Shown: positions 27,425 through 40,546 of the stretch, piece after piece | How positions within the stretch are numbered: position 1 is the stretch's first letter | Layout: every line of letters starts with the position of its first letter | Translations under genes and position numbers: made by a program | The notes under the pieces: model-generated | What the model saw: the letters and a program-made list of their open reading frames with translations, nothing else | What the model was told of the DNA's origin: nothing | The model's database searches: none | NCBI RefSeq assembly: GCF_000143415.4 | Contig: NW_003314269.1 | Coordinates: forward strand, 1,495,544-1,559,543 | Origin: Selaginella moellendorffii | Taxonomy: Eukaryota > Plantae > Lycopodiophyta | Direction of reading: 5' to 3' | DNA: 64,000 nucleotides

Positions 27425-29468
27425 ATGTCGCTCCGGCCGCAAGCTCGCACTGAGGTGAGAAAGAAAGGATACAAGAATGCCGTCGATCCGGATGAGGCGC
27501 GCCGGAAGCGCGAGGACAACATGGTGGAGATCCGCAAGAACAAGCGCGACGAGAATCTCATGAAGAAGCGGCGAGAGGGCATGCAGCCGCAGCACTTTAT
27601 GACGCCCGGATCGATCGTGGAGAGAAAGGTATGCGCGTCTCTGGATTGGGGCGAGGGTGATTTGATTCACTGGTGGTGTGATTTCCTTCAGCTGGAGAGC
27701 TTGCCCGTGATGGTGAGCGGTGTCTGGTCTGACGATCCCAACTTGCAAGTCGAGGCGACGACCCAGTTCCGGAAGCTACTGTCAATTGGTAGCTTTTGAT
27801 GAAAATCTATTTTTTCTTGGTACTGACATGGGTGTTTGTGAAGAGCGAAGGCCTCCGATCGAAGAGGTCATCAAGGCAGGCGTGGTTCCTCGATTTGTAG
27901 AGTTTTTGAAGCGCCACGATTTCCACCAGCTTCAGGTATGCCCATTTTTTTTTCCTTGCGGTGTTTGGGTCGTTAATAGGAGTTTTAATGAGCAGTTCGA
28001 AGCTGCCTGGGCTCTTACAAATATTGCGTCCGGCACTTCCGATCACACGACGGTGGTTATAAACCATGGAGCTGTGCCTATCTTCGTGCAGCTTCTTTCA
28101 TCTCCCAGTGAGGATGTCCGCGAGCAGGTGATTTTTTCCTCTTGTATTTCCAAAGCTTGGAATCTGACATTGCCTACCGCAGGCAGTATGGGCTCTTGGC
28201 AATGTCGCTGGCGACTCTCCGAAGTGCCGAGATCTCGTCTTGAATAGCAATGCCATGATGCCTTTGCTAGCACAGCTGAACGAGAATGCGAAGCTGTCTA
28301 TGCTGCGCAACGCAACGTGGACGCTATCAAACTTTTGTCGTGGCAAGCCGCAGCCGAACTTTGAGCAGGTATGTGGGTCATTTGTAGGCATGTCGATACA
28401 AATTTGATCGTTGGTCGGTGTTGTTTCTTGCAGTCGAGACCTGCTTTATCTGCTCTAGAAAAGCTGATTCATTCGACTGACGAAGAAGTCCTTACTGATG
28501 CATGCTGGGCTTTGTCATACATATCCGATGGTACAAACGATAAGATTCAAGCTGTCATTGAGGCCGGTGTGTGTCCACGTCTTGTGAGTCTACTCATGTA
28601 AGTCGTGTCTTTAGCTGTGACTTTTAACTGGGCTGACGTTCCTGGTTCCAGGTATCCTTCACCGAATGTTCTCATTCCTGCTCTTCGTACGGTGGGAAAC
28701 ATTGTGACTGGTGACGATGTCCAAACGCAGGTAAACTTGAAACGGAACATCCTAGATATTTCTTACGCCTGTCTTTAAATTTATTTCCAGTTTATCATAA
28801 ACAATGGAGCGCTGCCATATTTGTTACATCTTCTTACCAATGTTTACAAGAAGAGCATAAAAAAGGAGGCTTGCTGGACAATCTCGAACATCACTGCCGG
28901 CAACAAGGACCAAATTCAGGCCGTCATTGAAGCCAACATCATTCCGCCTCTCGTGGAACTTCTTGCCAACGCAGAGTTTGACATAAAGAAAGAGGCAGCG
29001 TGGGCTATTTCCAATGCAACCTCTGGCGGTACACATGAACAAATCAAGTAGGTTGTCAATGCGCTGAGACGCTGTATCTGACTCTGGAGACGCAGGTATC
29101 TCGTGAACCAGGGATGCATCAAGCCTCTGTGCGACCTTCTCAACTGTTCCGATGCCAAGATCATTGTGGTGGCCTTGGAGGGCCTAGAAAACATCCTCAA
29201 GGTCGGCGAGACGGAGAAGGACCTGGGAAACACTGGCTCCATCAACATCTACGCTAAGTTCATCGACGAGGCGGAGGGCCTGGAGAAGATCGAGAAGCTG
29301 CAAACCCACGACAACAACGAGATATATGACAAGGTGATCAAGATCCTCAACAGCTACTGGGTGGAGGAGGACGAGGAGAACGTCGCTCCAGGTGTAGCTC
29401 CGGCCCCCGGACCATTTGCATTCGGGAATCAGCCTACTGTGCCAAGCGGTGGCTTTAATTTCGGTTGA
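27425..29468 (+). CDS. IMPA: Importin subunit alpha (intact copy)
   Basis: IBB domain [27 protein letters not shown]; ARM repeats [37 protein letters not shown]; C-terminal GGFNFG. Confidence 0.95.
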
Positions 29469-29909
29469 GGTATGTCTTTTCCTTTCCCTGGATCTCTCGA
29501 GTGACTGACTTGGTGTTTCTGTGGTAGAAGAACATCATCGAGTCGGGAGAAGAGATTTACTTGGTCCGCGATGTGAGCAGCATCCGCGATCTGTGGCAGA
29601 CGAAGCTGTGCTGGTGTAAAGTCGAGTTGAGTTTGAGCTAGTCGATGGTCGACAAGCTTTTTGCAGACCCACCGGGGGAAGGAGAGGGTCTTGTAGAACA
29701 GCAGCAAGCTCTTGCTGTCAAAGCAACGTCTCGTATTTGAGACGGTGCTCTTGTCTTTGTTTAGCCGGACGTGCTAAGTGCGGTGGTCGTTGTTGTGGCG
29801 GTGGCGTCTCCTCCTTTGTCCGAGGATCGTCATCGCTGCTACTATTACAAGGAGTGGATTTTGGGTTATAAAAGAGTCTATTACAAATTCGATGTATGCA
29901 AGGATTTAA

Positions 29910-30930
29910 ATGAATGAATGCATGAATGAGTTGAATGTCCTTGATGCTTCAAGCTTTTTGCAACTCCTTGGAAGACTTGAAGGTTTGGATCGCCAGCTTT
30001 GACTGCGTCGAGGAGGCTTTTGAGAAGATGCCGGCCAGAGATGCTGTGGTGATGTATGCCCAGACAGGGCATCTGGAGGCGTATAAGTCAATGTAATGAT
30101 CCGAGCTTATGCCCAGCACGCAAAAGATTGTTTGGAAGATGCTTGGACTCTGATTCTTGCGCTTGCTTCCGAAAAACATATATATGACACAAACTGGACT
30201 CGACTTCACACCATCACAGCTTCGTCTGCCACAGATCACTGACGCTATTCACATCGCGGACCAAGCAAATCTCTCTTCTCCTCTCTCCTGCAAACGGGGC
30301 AAATGCAGTCCTGTTTGAAAGGATGCCTCAAAGAGACGAGGTAATGACATGCCCGAGCACGATGTAGTGGTGACAACCGCAATCATGAAAAGCATATGCC
30401 CGCTCCGGGCATCTTTACCGTGTGAATGTTTTCGAGGTGTCCTGGAGTGTGTTGGTTCTTGCGGTGAGCTAGATCGAGCGCAGCAAATGGTTGAGTTGAC
30501 TTTTTAAACCATTCATTTAAACCCATACTTTATCGAAATACCCAAGAGACGATGCTGTGCTGGGGCATACGGAGCCGAGGAAATAAGTTCTTTTGAGCAA
30601 GGTTATCAAAGCAATTCCTCGCATCAATCCTTTTGACCCAACCATAAGCAGGCCGTCACAACAACCACATTCGTTTGAATTCCAATATCACGCGAGAGAC
30701 GAGATAGTCTCAGGGACACAAAAAATGTTACGTGACCACGAGTCTAAACAAGCTGGTTCTCTCGAGCTCTCCCCGGAAGTACGGTATTCCAGGCGTCCAA
30801 GCGAGGTCACATTCTTGCAGCCATGGAGGCTTGGTACCAGAAGGCTTGAGTTTGTTTTGTTCGCTGGAGCCTCTTAATCCCAGGTCTATGCACCGCTCTA
30901 GCAGAGCTTAGGGAACGCTTGGACTTAAAT
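29910..30930 (+). pseudogene. Scrambled, heavily deleted copy of PPR gene 43071..45218
   Basis: Collinear pieces of the PPR 5' part, an inverted middle segment (~30533-30815) and a forward 3' piece. Confidence 0.8.
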
Positions 30931-30939
30931 ATCTCTGGA

Positions 30940-31263
30940 CAGATTCTTTGTGTTTGTTTTAGATTGATCATTCAATCTTGCAACACACTCCCACGCGCGC
31001 TGGAGCTGCGCTCGCGAATCTCGATTCCAAGCTGCTGCAAGAGAGAGATCTGCGGAAAGCATTTGGCGTGCAAGATCCAACCCGTCGAAGGAATGCTAAA
31101 AAAACGGCGTAAGCGTACCTAAAGACTTGGATTGGAACTGACAAAGACGATCTCAGATATACACTACGGAGAATGGTCCATTGTTGTAAATTAATCAACG
31201 ATTTTAGTTGAAGCTCCACAAAGGAAGATTGAAGTTTCATGGCTTGAATTCTTTGAAACACTT
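30940..31263. pseudogene. Inverted relic of BCAT last exon plus CRR42 3' end
   Basis: Reverse complement of ~47630-47980 (e.g. KIQPVEGMLK, acgatctcagatatacactacgg, gcttgaattctttgaaacacttccc). Confidence 0.8.
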
Positions 31264-31350
31264 CCCAGGGCGAATTCCTCCATCGTTTTTACAGCATTGG
31301 AGAATTTACAATATTTGAATTCGTCGTGTTTAGATCACGAGCAGGGTTTC

Positions 31351-33298
31351 TGGTGAGCCGTGTCTGGTCTGACGATCCCACCTGAAGCTACTGTCTGGTA
31401 GCTGCCTTGTTCTTTTTGATGGAAGTCTATCTTTTCTTGGTACTGACATGGGTGTTTGTGAAGAGCGAAGCCCTCCGATCGAAGAGGTCATCAAGGCAGG
31501 CGTGGTTCCTCGATTTGTAGAGTTTTTGAAGCGCCACGATTTCCACCAGCTTCAGGTATGCCCATTTTTTTTCCTTGCGGTGTTTGGGTCGTTAATAGGA
31601 GTTTTAATGAGCAGTTCGAAGCTGCCTGGGCTCTTACAAATATTGCGTCCGGCACTTCCGATCACACGACGGTGGTTATAAACCATGGAGCTGTGCCTAT
31701 CTTCGTGCAGCTTCTTTCATCTCCCAGTGAGGATGTCCGCGAGCAGGTGAGGTTTTCACTTGTATTTCCAAAGCCTGGAATCTGACATTGCCTCGTACCG
31801 CAGACAGTATGGGCTCTGATACAAAAGGCAGCGACTGCTGGCAACGACTGCTCATATTGTATATATGAAGCTATATATACATGGGCTGTGGCAACTGCCT
31901 AATGCCACATCATCCTAACTGCCTAGCTAAGCATCTACCTGAGCATCTACTCTCAACACTCCCACTCAGGCGTGTCTACAAACTAAGACAAAGCCTGAAC
32001 ATAAGATGCTCAGCATGCATACAACTGATGAGGAAAACCTGCAAAAAGAAAAAACTCATCTGAACTGGTGGTACTCCACTGACTCCCACTCAAAGCGACT
32101 ACATCTTGTTGCTCTAGGGCTTGCTGCCTCTGCTACTCTTGGCTGCTTTGCCATCACTCCTTTGGCTGTTGCTGCTCCTCTCTTGGAGCTCTTTTGCCAC
32201 TGCTGGGCTTCTCAGCCAACTCTGCCGCTGCTATCTGCTGCCGCTCACTTGGCTGCTGCTGCTCCTCTCTTCGAGCATCTTGGCCACTCCTGCCGCCGTT
32301 CTGCTTCTCGGCCTGCTGAGTCACTGCTCTGCTGCTCCTGGGCTTCTTGGCTGCTCTGCTGCTCCTTTCTTGGAGCATATCAGCATCTTCTGCCGCTCCA
32401 GGGCTTCTGAGTCGCTACTATCTGCCACTCCTCGCTGCTGGTATGGCTCTGCCATTGCTTTGTTGCTGCTCTCTAGGCTACTCTGCTTCTGCCGTTGGCA
32501 TCTGGAAGCTTCTTCTTCTTCTTCATCCTTCACAGGTCCTCAAGATCTGTGCTCCGATACCATGATACAAAAGGCAGCGACTGCTGGCAACGACTGCTCA
32601 TATTGTATATATGAAGCTATATATACATGGGCTGTGGCAACTGCCTAATGCCACATCATCCTAACTGCCTAGCTAAGCATCTACCTGAGCATCTACTCTC
32701 AACAGGCTCTTGGCAATGTTGCTGGCGACTCTCCGAAGTGCCGAGATCTCGTCTTGAATAGCAATGCCATGATGCCGTTGCTAGCACAGCTGAACGAGAA
32801 TGCGAAGCTGTCTATGCTGCGCAACGCAACGTGGGCGCTATCAACCTTTTTTCGTGACAAGTCGCAGCCGAACTTTGAGCAGGTATGCGTGCGAGGCATG
32901 TCGATACAAATTGCGATCGTTGGTCGGTGTTGCTTCATGCTGAATAAATTATCTGGTACAGAGAACTCATGAATCTGTGCTGTGTTTGCCTTTCAGCTCC
33001 ACGAGGAGGTGGCTGAAAACATTGAATGCCTTGCTCGAGACGCCCAGATCCTTGGCATCCCGCAGCGCAGTCGAGACCTGCTTTATCTGCTCTAGAAAAG
33101 CTGATTCATTCGACTGATGTGGTAGTCCTTACTGATGCATGCTGGGCTTTGTCATCCGTATCCGATGGCATAAACGATGAGAAGCTGTCATTGAGGCCGG
33201 CGTGTGTCCACGTCTTGTGAGTTTAAGTCGTGTCTTTAGCTCTGACTTTTAACTGGGCTGACGTTCCTGGTTTCAGGTATCCGTCACCGAATGTTCTC
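31351..33298 (+). pseudogene. Importin-alpha pseudogene copy 2, interrupted by TRIM
   Basis: Near-identical to ~27711-28674 including introns; no IBB exon; TRIM inserted in the W-A-L codons; 3' half missing. Confidence 0.92.
31817..32704 (-). mobile_element. TRIM (non-autonomous LTR retrotransposon), 888 bp
   Basis: Identical 142-bp TG...CA LTRs (31817-31958, 32563-32704); 5-bp TSD GGCTC; minus-strand PBS TGGTATCGGAGC (32562-32551); PPT TGAGTGGGAG adjoining the other LTR. Confidence 0.95.
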
Positions 33299-33799
33299 AC
33301 ACTGTAGAGGCTTGATTGAGTTCTAAGCTGGAAGGCATCACTGTGAGCCCACTCTATACTTACGACGAAATCACTTTTGTTTTTTGCAAGAAGCAGCCAC
33401 CATGGAGTTCGTTGCAAATGTGGCTGCCTTTGAGTGCTTCAGCAAACGTGGATGCAGGAACTTGGTCGCTCAACTCTACTACCATGAAAAAACTTATGGC
33501 GTGATAATACCATGCCAGGTCTGTTCCTGCGAGCAGCTAGATCATTGCACTTTGGTATTGACAGATCAATTTCTGGCACGCTTCTCTCCTTTGGGCAATC
33601 TTTGCAAGCAGCTCAATCTGGAAGGAGTGAAAGAGAACGAGGTTCTCTTGCAACAACAACAGCAACAGCTATTTGAAGTCACGAGGACCTCACTGCTGGT
33701 GCGGAGTTGTGGACATGCAGGCTGAAGGATGGCAAGCAGCTCATCGCGAAGGTTTGTGGTGGCAGTGAAGGTACTTGCAAAGTTGCAGGTGTTGCCATT

Positions 33800-35300
33800 G
33801 TCCCATTCCTGTTTGTATGTTATGCAGTGTAGAGTGAAGTTTAGGGCAGTTTCAATGTGGTTTTCCCAGGGTAGTTTGGATCCCTCCTAATTACCAACTT
33901 TTGAGTGTAGGTGATGTTGTCCTACTTGATAGTGCGCCAGGATTCTAGGGTGGTGTTGTAGCTAGCAATACCGATAAGCCATTACGGGTTGATGGTCAAT
34001 AAATAGTGTTGTAATTTTGTGTCATGCCCCTTCTCAAGCCAATGATCTGGGACATCTATGGTATTTTCGTGGAGTGTGTCAAAATCCATGCGTAGATCTC
34101 TTTTCCAGAACCACAGATTGTGCCACCACCCTTTACTGGTGTCCTCAGCAAGGTATCTTAAGTAGTGTATATGATGTTGAGGATGTATTGCATTGTGTTT
34201 ATCTAGACAAGCTAGATTCCATAACTACAATCTCAATCCACTTTGTTGCAACCAAATTCAGCATTAAGGACAAATGGTTAAGTTGTTCCATTTTTGCTGT
34301 AGTCCAGATATATTATGTATGTGCATCCATAAGAAAATATTAGCTTGTGACTGCTTGAATGCATTTTATTGCCCTAGCCTTCCACAAATTCTTTTAGTGG
34401 ACCATATACCCAAGGTACTTGTAGTTTTCTACTCATTATTGTCATTTCTGTATGGTGGACAGCTAAATACTATGACTTGTGTTTTTGTGGGTTGATATGG
34501 GATACCTTTGCTTGGCACCTATCATGCATTCTACTGGTTGACTTAGGTATTTTACAAGAATTGTTGTATAGAGCTGTTGAATGGCTTGTAACAGCTTCTG
34601 GAGTGTTAGGCACCACAATTGATCACTTTTTTTGCCAATTGGATTAGGGTGTAAAGGATAGGATTTCCTTGTTAAAATAGTTCCCTTATTGAATTCTATC
34701 CAAAATAGTTGCTTCTTCTAGTATGTCTTATGTTCATGCATATAACTGGATGAACTAACACTTTCTACTTTATATTTCTCCACAGCTAGAACATGGCTAC
34801 CATTGTTTGCTTTTTATCACTCCAAAATATGGCTAAAATATAACTTGATTATAATTGGCAAGAGTCTGAACATTCCGCCTAATCTGAGTCACTAATAGTG
34901 TGGAGTCTAAGTATCTCAAACCAAAGGATGAAGTACCACATAAGTAACAAAAAAATTGTTTTACAACCATCTAATGTTGTTTATTTATTTGGCTTACCAG
35001 GCTTATGGAGTAAAATAGATTAGGTCTTATACAAACCACATAATATTGAAATATGGTATAGTGGCCATCTCTTGTTTTACTTGCTCTATCAAAGGAGAAC
35101 TTTCACAAGTGAGTTTTAGACTTGTGAGCATATGTATTAGAGTAGGAGTACTACACTTATAGAAAACCATTGGAGAATGTCCTTAATGTATTTGCTCTAG
35201 TGGAGAACAACAGAGTTATCCTTGGGATTTTGAGTCAATAGTATCTCAAAATGAGATGAAAAGACCTTTTTAATCTTAGCTAAAAACTTATATTGTTGCA
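33800..35300 (-). mobile_element. Possible highly degenerate retrotransposon pol remnant
   Basis: Weak integrase-like peptides on the minus strand (e.g. VATKWIEIV); AT-rich and stop-riddled. Confidence 0.25.
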
Positions 35301-36199
35301 AATGAGTACATAATCATTGACATAAACAATAATTTAGATTATGTTTTTTTATTGTAGTATATATGACCATGGGATGAGATTTAGATATACTATCATTATA
35401 GATCCTTAAAACCTTAGGGAATAAATAAGGATAAAATAGCTACTAAGACTTTTGTTTACCTTAAGGGGAGAAAGATAAAGTATAGGTATTGGAGTAAATA
35501 AGGTTTATTTTAGTCTGTAAATTAATTTAATGAGTCTCTAAATGTAGTTCTCTTGTCTAAGAACTTTATATCCTTCTAATAATCCATCCCAACTACTTGT
35601 GAATAGCCCTTGGCCACAAGAGCTTTGCCTTGTAACAAGAGATTAAATCATCTGGATTTACCTTAATTTATAAGGATTTTACCAAATTTTTGTTGCAAAG
35701 TGATTGTGGGTATTGAAAGTTATATGTTGGCAAGTCTTTTTAGATATTCTTCTCTTATTGTCACAATAACAAAAGATCAATATTGCTAATTCTTAGTCCC
35801 TTTTATTCAAGTGTTAATAAACTAAACTTAATATTTATATATATCTTCACATTAGGCCATGGTATGCTAAAATAATGCTAAATTCCATTTGGCTCTGTTG
35901 GACTTCCTAGAAGCTCACCCAACCCAATATCACTTAAACCCAAGGACATTTAACTCTAAATATCTTAAAACCCTTAACTAATTGGGAAAGAAAATGCACT
36001 CTTATTTATGGGCCCTTTTCCTAAACCCTTATAAATCATCTCTCAAATTATTTCTTTTTAATTGCTTACAATCCATTATGTTTCTTTATAAGTTCACACC
36101 TTTGTGAATGGAAGTTGAGAGCTATAGCTCTCTTAAGATTCCCACTCTTTTAACATCCTACCCTCGAATCAAACTTAACCAAACCAAATTATACCATCT

Positions 36200-37758
36200 A
36201 TTATAAGTAAAAAAGGATGTATGTTCTAGAAGGGGAATTAAGGAAAGTAGCTTTAAAAGAGTGTTATGATGGACCTCTTGCGGGACACGGCAGAGTGCCC
36301 AAAATGATGGGCTTATTCAAGAGGAAGTATCACTGGCTAGGTATGGTTAAAGACATTCAAGACTATGTAAAGACATATTCAACATATCAGTAGGTTAAAG
36401 CCATGACTAAAGCTAGTGGGGGCTTGTTACAAAGCATCCCAATTCCAAATCATCCCTAGAAATGTCTTATGATGGACTTCATCACAGGATTTTTCCCAAG
36501 TGAGGGGTTTGATATGATATTCGTGGTGGTGGACTGATTTTCAAAGATGGCACATTTTATACCCACCACAACGAAAGTGGATGTGGAAAGTGTGGCAAAG
36601 CTATTCTTTGAACAAGTGGTTCGAGTGCGGGAAAGGCTAAAGGAGATAATTTCAGATCAAGATAAGATCTTCACTAATAGGTTCTAAAGAAGTCTCCTGG
36701 AACAGTATCGCACCAAGTTGAAATTCAGCACAATCTATCACCCATAGACAAGTATTGGGTATTAAATCAAGTTGGATGACACTAACACTTCTTGGTAGAT
36801 GGACAAACAGAAAGGGTGAATAGGCAGCTGGAGGATTATTTGCAATGCTATGTCTTTGGAGACCAGACTGATTGGGTAAATCATTTGGGACTTGCAAAAA
36901 TGTGCTATAACAACTTACCACACTCAAGTATTAGGGTGAGTTCATGGGAAGTCATCAATGGGCAAGCTATTGAAGGTCCTATATAATTCTGCGTGGCCAA
37001 GTATCATGAAGAGTTACCCGCAGTGGAGGTATTCACAGCGGAAAGATTCAACATTTGGAATCTAATAAGGGATTCTTTGGAACAAGTTCAACAAAAGCAA
37101 ACCAAGTATGCAAACAAGAAGTGCCGAGATGTAGAGTTCTAACCTAGGGAGAAGGTGTGGCTGAACACCAAGAACCTAAGGCTACCAAGTGGGATCAGCT
37201 GGAAGTTGACCCAAAGGTAAAATGCATGTATTCTTGGAAATGAACTGATCTTGAGTTCCTTAAGCAGGTTCGTGGGGCCTTACAAGTGTAAGTAACCAAA
37301 GGGAACGACTTGAGAGACGATCTATAGGGGTTCAAATATAAAGGGAAAGGGCCCATGAACAAAAGTGCACCCCCTTTTCAATTGGTTAAGGGTCTTGGGA
37401 TATTTGGGGTTAAACGTCCTTGGGTTTGAATAATACTGGGTTGGGTGGTAAAGTGGCTTACCGCCTCCAACTTCCTCGAGAAATGGGGAAAATGCACTTA
37501 ATATTCCATATGAACTTATTCAAACCGTACTTTGAGGATCCACTTTACAAGGACCAAGTAAAACCTTTATCTAAGGTTATCCAAGGGAAAGAGGAATACA
37601 AAGTTGAGGCTATCCTCAATGCGCGCAAGAGCAAGCAACAAGGACGCAAAGTAAAGGAGTTCCATGTAAAGTGGAAAGGATTTCTATACTGCGAAGCAAC
37701 ATGGGAACCAAAGGACAATCTAGCGAACGCATGAGATCTAGTGGAGGAATTTATGTAA
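36200..37758 (+). mobile_element. Degenerate Ty3/Gypsy chromovirus integrase + chromodomain
   Basis: Zn-finger region (LKECYDGPLAGH...YHWLGMVKDIQDYVKT), MDFITG...VVVD*FSKMAHFIP, DGQTERVNRQLEDYL, chromodomain EEYKVEAILNAR...EFHVKWKGF...ATWEP; in-frame stops and insertions. Confidence 0.9.
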
Positions 37759-38269
37759 GGCAGAACTCTATGTACTTATATAAAGTTTAATTAAAGTATC
37801 AATTTGTGAAGTTGAGCAATGGCATATGTTGGGACCTATAGTTGTGCCAAAGGTAAGCTAATTAACATAGGTTAGCTATATCGACCAAGCATAGGAAACT
37901 ACGCTTGACTCTCCACAAGGATGTAAATGTATTTTACAAAAGTTGGGTTCAAGTCTCAACCCTCTAGTAAAGCAAAGTTGGGTTCAAGTCCCAACTTTAT
38001 ACTAGGGTGTGGTGAGGTGAGGTGTGTAGGAATACTTATACTCTATTGTCATGGGCTCTTGGCTGGGGAGGCTAACTTAGGCACACCGCTAAGTGGGGGG
38101 ATGCCCCGGGAGACATGGTCAACAAGTCATAGGATGTAAAAGATGTGTTTAATGTGGGTGTTGAACTTTTTCTATGGGTGGTGGAGTTGTAAAGAACCAA
38201 CTCCCTAAAGTGTCGAAGGCTAAAGGATCTCTGAAAGCACGACCAAAATGATAAAGAGTTCATCAGATG

Positions 38270-38530
38270 AAACCGAGTCTGAGATTGAGTCTGAGATCGA
38301 CTCTAAGACCGAGTTTAAGACTGAGTCCGAGACCAACTCTAAGACTGAGTTCAAGACCGAGTCCGAGACCGAGTTTGCGATCCAATATTGGATCTGAGAC
38401 CAAGTCCGAGATCGAGTCCGAGACAGGGTTTGAGGTCGGGTTCGAGATGGAGTCCGAGATGGAGTCCGAGACCGAGTCCAAAGTCAAGTCCAAAGTCAAG
38501 TCCAAGATCGAGTCTGAGACCGAGTCCGAA
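38270..38530. repeat. Degenerate 6/12-bp tandem repeat (GAGTCC/GAGACC)
   Basis: Repeated ccgagt/ccgaga units, downstream of the chromovirus remnant. Confidence 0.8.
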
Positions 38531-39744
38531 AACTAATATAGGTCATGGGGTGAAAGGCCAAAGCGTGTGTCTCCTGGGGGGGGGGGGGGAGGGGGCTGCA
38601 AGGGGTTCCAAAAGTATAGTAAGGATAGTGAGGTCCAGAAACTAGTCTTGAAGGAACTCTCCAGTAGTGCTTCCAAACTAACTTGAGGTTGAGACTGAGG
38701 CGAAGGGGCTTTGGGTGGGAGTGAGCATGGATTCGGGTGGTGCCGGAGGCCACCCAAGGAAGTGCTCAAGAATAGCTCCTACTCCCAGAAGGGAAATTGA
38801 CTGTGGTGCTCCCGGCTCATGTGGAGTGGTGCCCCACTTGAGTACCTTGCGGCTGTAGTGCATGTGGTTTTAATCCTTTATCATATGGGGCTTTACCATA
38901 AGATAACACCATGAAGCGGAACCTAAACCCTCTTTATGCCATGTGTCACATGCCACGTGTCCATAGAACAGTGGTGTGGAACCCGAGGTTCAAGGCCTTG
39001 GGCCACTGAACGAAGGAACAATGCCAAACTCCCAAGCATGGAGCCAAGGAGTGATGAAACCGAACCATGGAGCAATTCTCGAGCATACAGCCCAAGGAGC
39101 GAAGGGACAAGAGCCCAAAGCGATTGGAACAGTCCTAGAGCAACCAGCATCCCAATGCCAGGACCAACATACAAAACGGAGCCCAACAAGGTTTGGCGCT
39201 ATTTCAGCATACCAGTGGCCTAACGCAAGGACATGGGTACTCCACTAGCTAGCATGGTGTGGAACTTGGGCTTAGACCCAAGTTGGATGCAGAACAAAGA
39301 CAGACACGCAAGCAGGAGCTAGACTATGCCTACTATACATTTGGAACCCTTTACAGATTAAATACATACACGAAGAAATGATTTGCAATGAGGTGTGATA
39401 TCATTACTTATATTCACTTCATGCAATCAAGAGTTTTTATTTTGATGCATGTTAATTATGATGGTCTTACAAGTGGTGAGTCATAAGTGGATAGTGGTGA
39501 AATGCTAAATCATTTTGTTTAGACTTGCTATTGCAATACTTAATTCTTTTCCAAAGAACTTTGTTACTATTCCTTAGGTAACTTGGTGTTAAATTAATTT
39601 TGAGTTTTGTCAAGTATAAACTTGCTGATGTTATAATTGAAGTTAGTGGTGTTATATATATTATAAATCTTTGTAAGTGAAATATGATATTTATATTGCA
39701 TTTTGTTACTTGGAGTTGACACTTAATACTATAGTAATGCAAGG

Positions 39745-40490
39745 CTTGGGGCATATCCCAGGTAGGGGATATTTCCTCAGCAGTCTCAATACAATATCTT
39801 CTCTTAGCTTACTGGCTATTTCGAAAAGTACAGGTGTCAAGAACAGTCATTCCAAAAATGCAATCTTAGTGTTTTTGGAAATGAAATCTAGAGGAATTCT
39901 TCTAGACTCCATCACTTAGAAAAAACTTTGCAAAGCTGGGTCTCTTCTTGTGGCAAATCTGATTATGAGAAACTAACATCAACATGATGGTAGCTATTGA
40001 ATGTATGGGAAATGCTCTGAATTGTGGGCTGCCGATTGTGTGTTTTTCTCAAGGTTTGTTTGTACCACTGTGTCTTGGAATGCCGTGATTCAGCATATGC
40101 TCAAATGGAAATATTTGCAAAGTGTTGGGCTTCTTTATGGACATATTTTTGGACAGTGTTTCTCCACACATTCTTAGTTCTCATTCATTCATTCATATTC
40201 ATTCATAAGTTGTTTATATTTATATATATTTACATACAGTGTTTTGCCAAGTGAGGTTTTATTCTTAGTTCTATGCAGCCATGGAGGCTGGTTCAGAAGG
40301 CTTGAGTTTGTTTTGTTCAGGCTCATGTGTAGCAGAGCTTGGTGCAAAGGCTGGATGGGGAACGCTTGTTGCACGTGAAGAAAATATTGGGGCTTGGACT
40401 TTGGCATTGGCAGCATTTATTAGTGAGTGTAGACAGTGCTAAATATGCTCTTAATTTCATATGCTTTGTGTAGATAATTATGTAAATTCT
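39745..40490 (+). pseudogene. PPR pseudogene fragment (3' part of 43071..45218 paralogue)
   Basis: Collinear with ~44337-45230 (gtaggggatatttcctc, tctagaggaattctt, gtaccactgtgtcttggaatgccgtgatt, tgctaaatatgctct), with deletions and stops. Confidence 0.85.
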
Positions 40491-40546
40491 AGTTATATTA
40501 AAATCAATTCATACATTCCTTCTCTCACCTACAAGGGAAAACAAAA

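Noticed and set aside
31817-31958. Cassandra-type TRIM carrying 5S rRNA
   Set aside because: No 5S rRNA or A/C-box similarity visible in the LTR
32006-32648. Leu/Ala-rich ORFs resembling membrane proteins
   Set aside because: Low-complexity interior of the TRIM; no gag/pol motifs
33384-33725. 113-aa ORF with polyQ
   Set aside because: No recognisable domain; lies at a rearrangement junction
38263-38645. RLS/ESE-rich ORFs and a CRISPR-like periodic pattern
   Set aside because: Simple 6/12-bp repeat with no unique spacers; eukaryotic context and no cas genes
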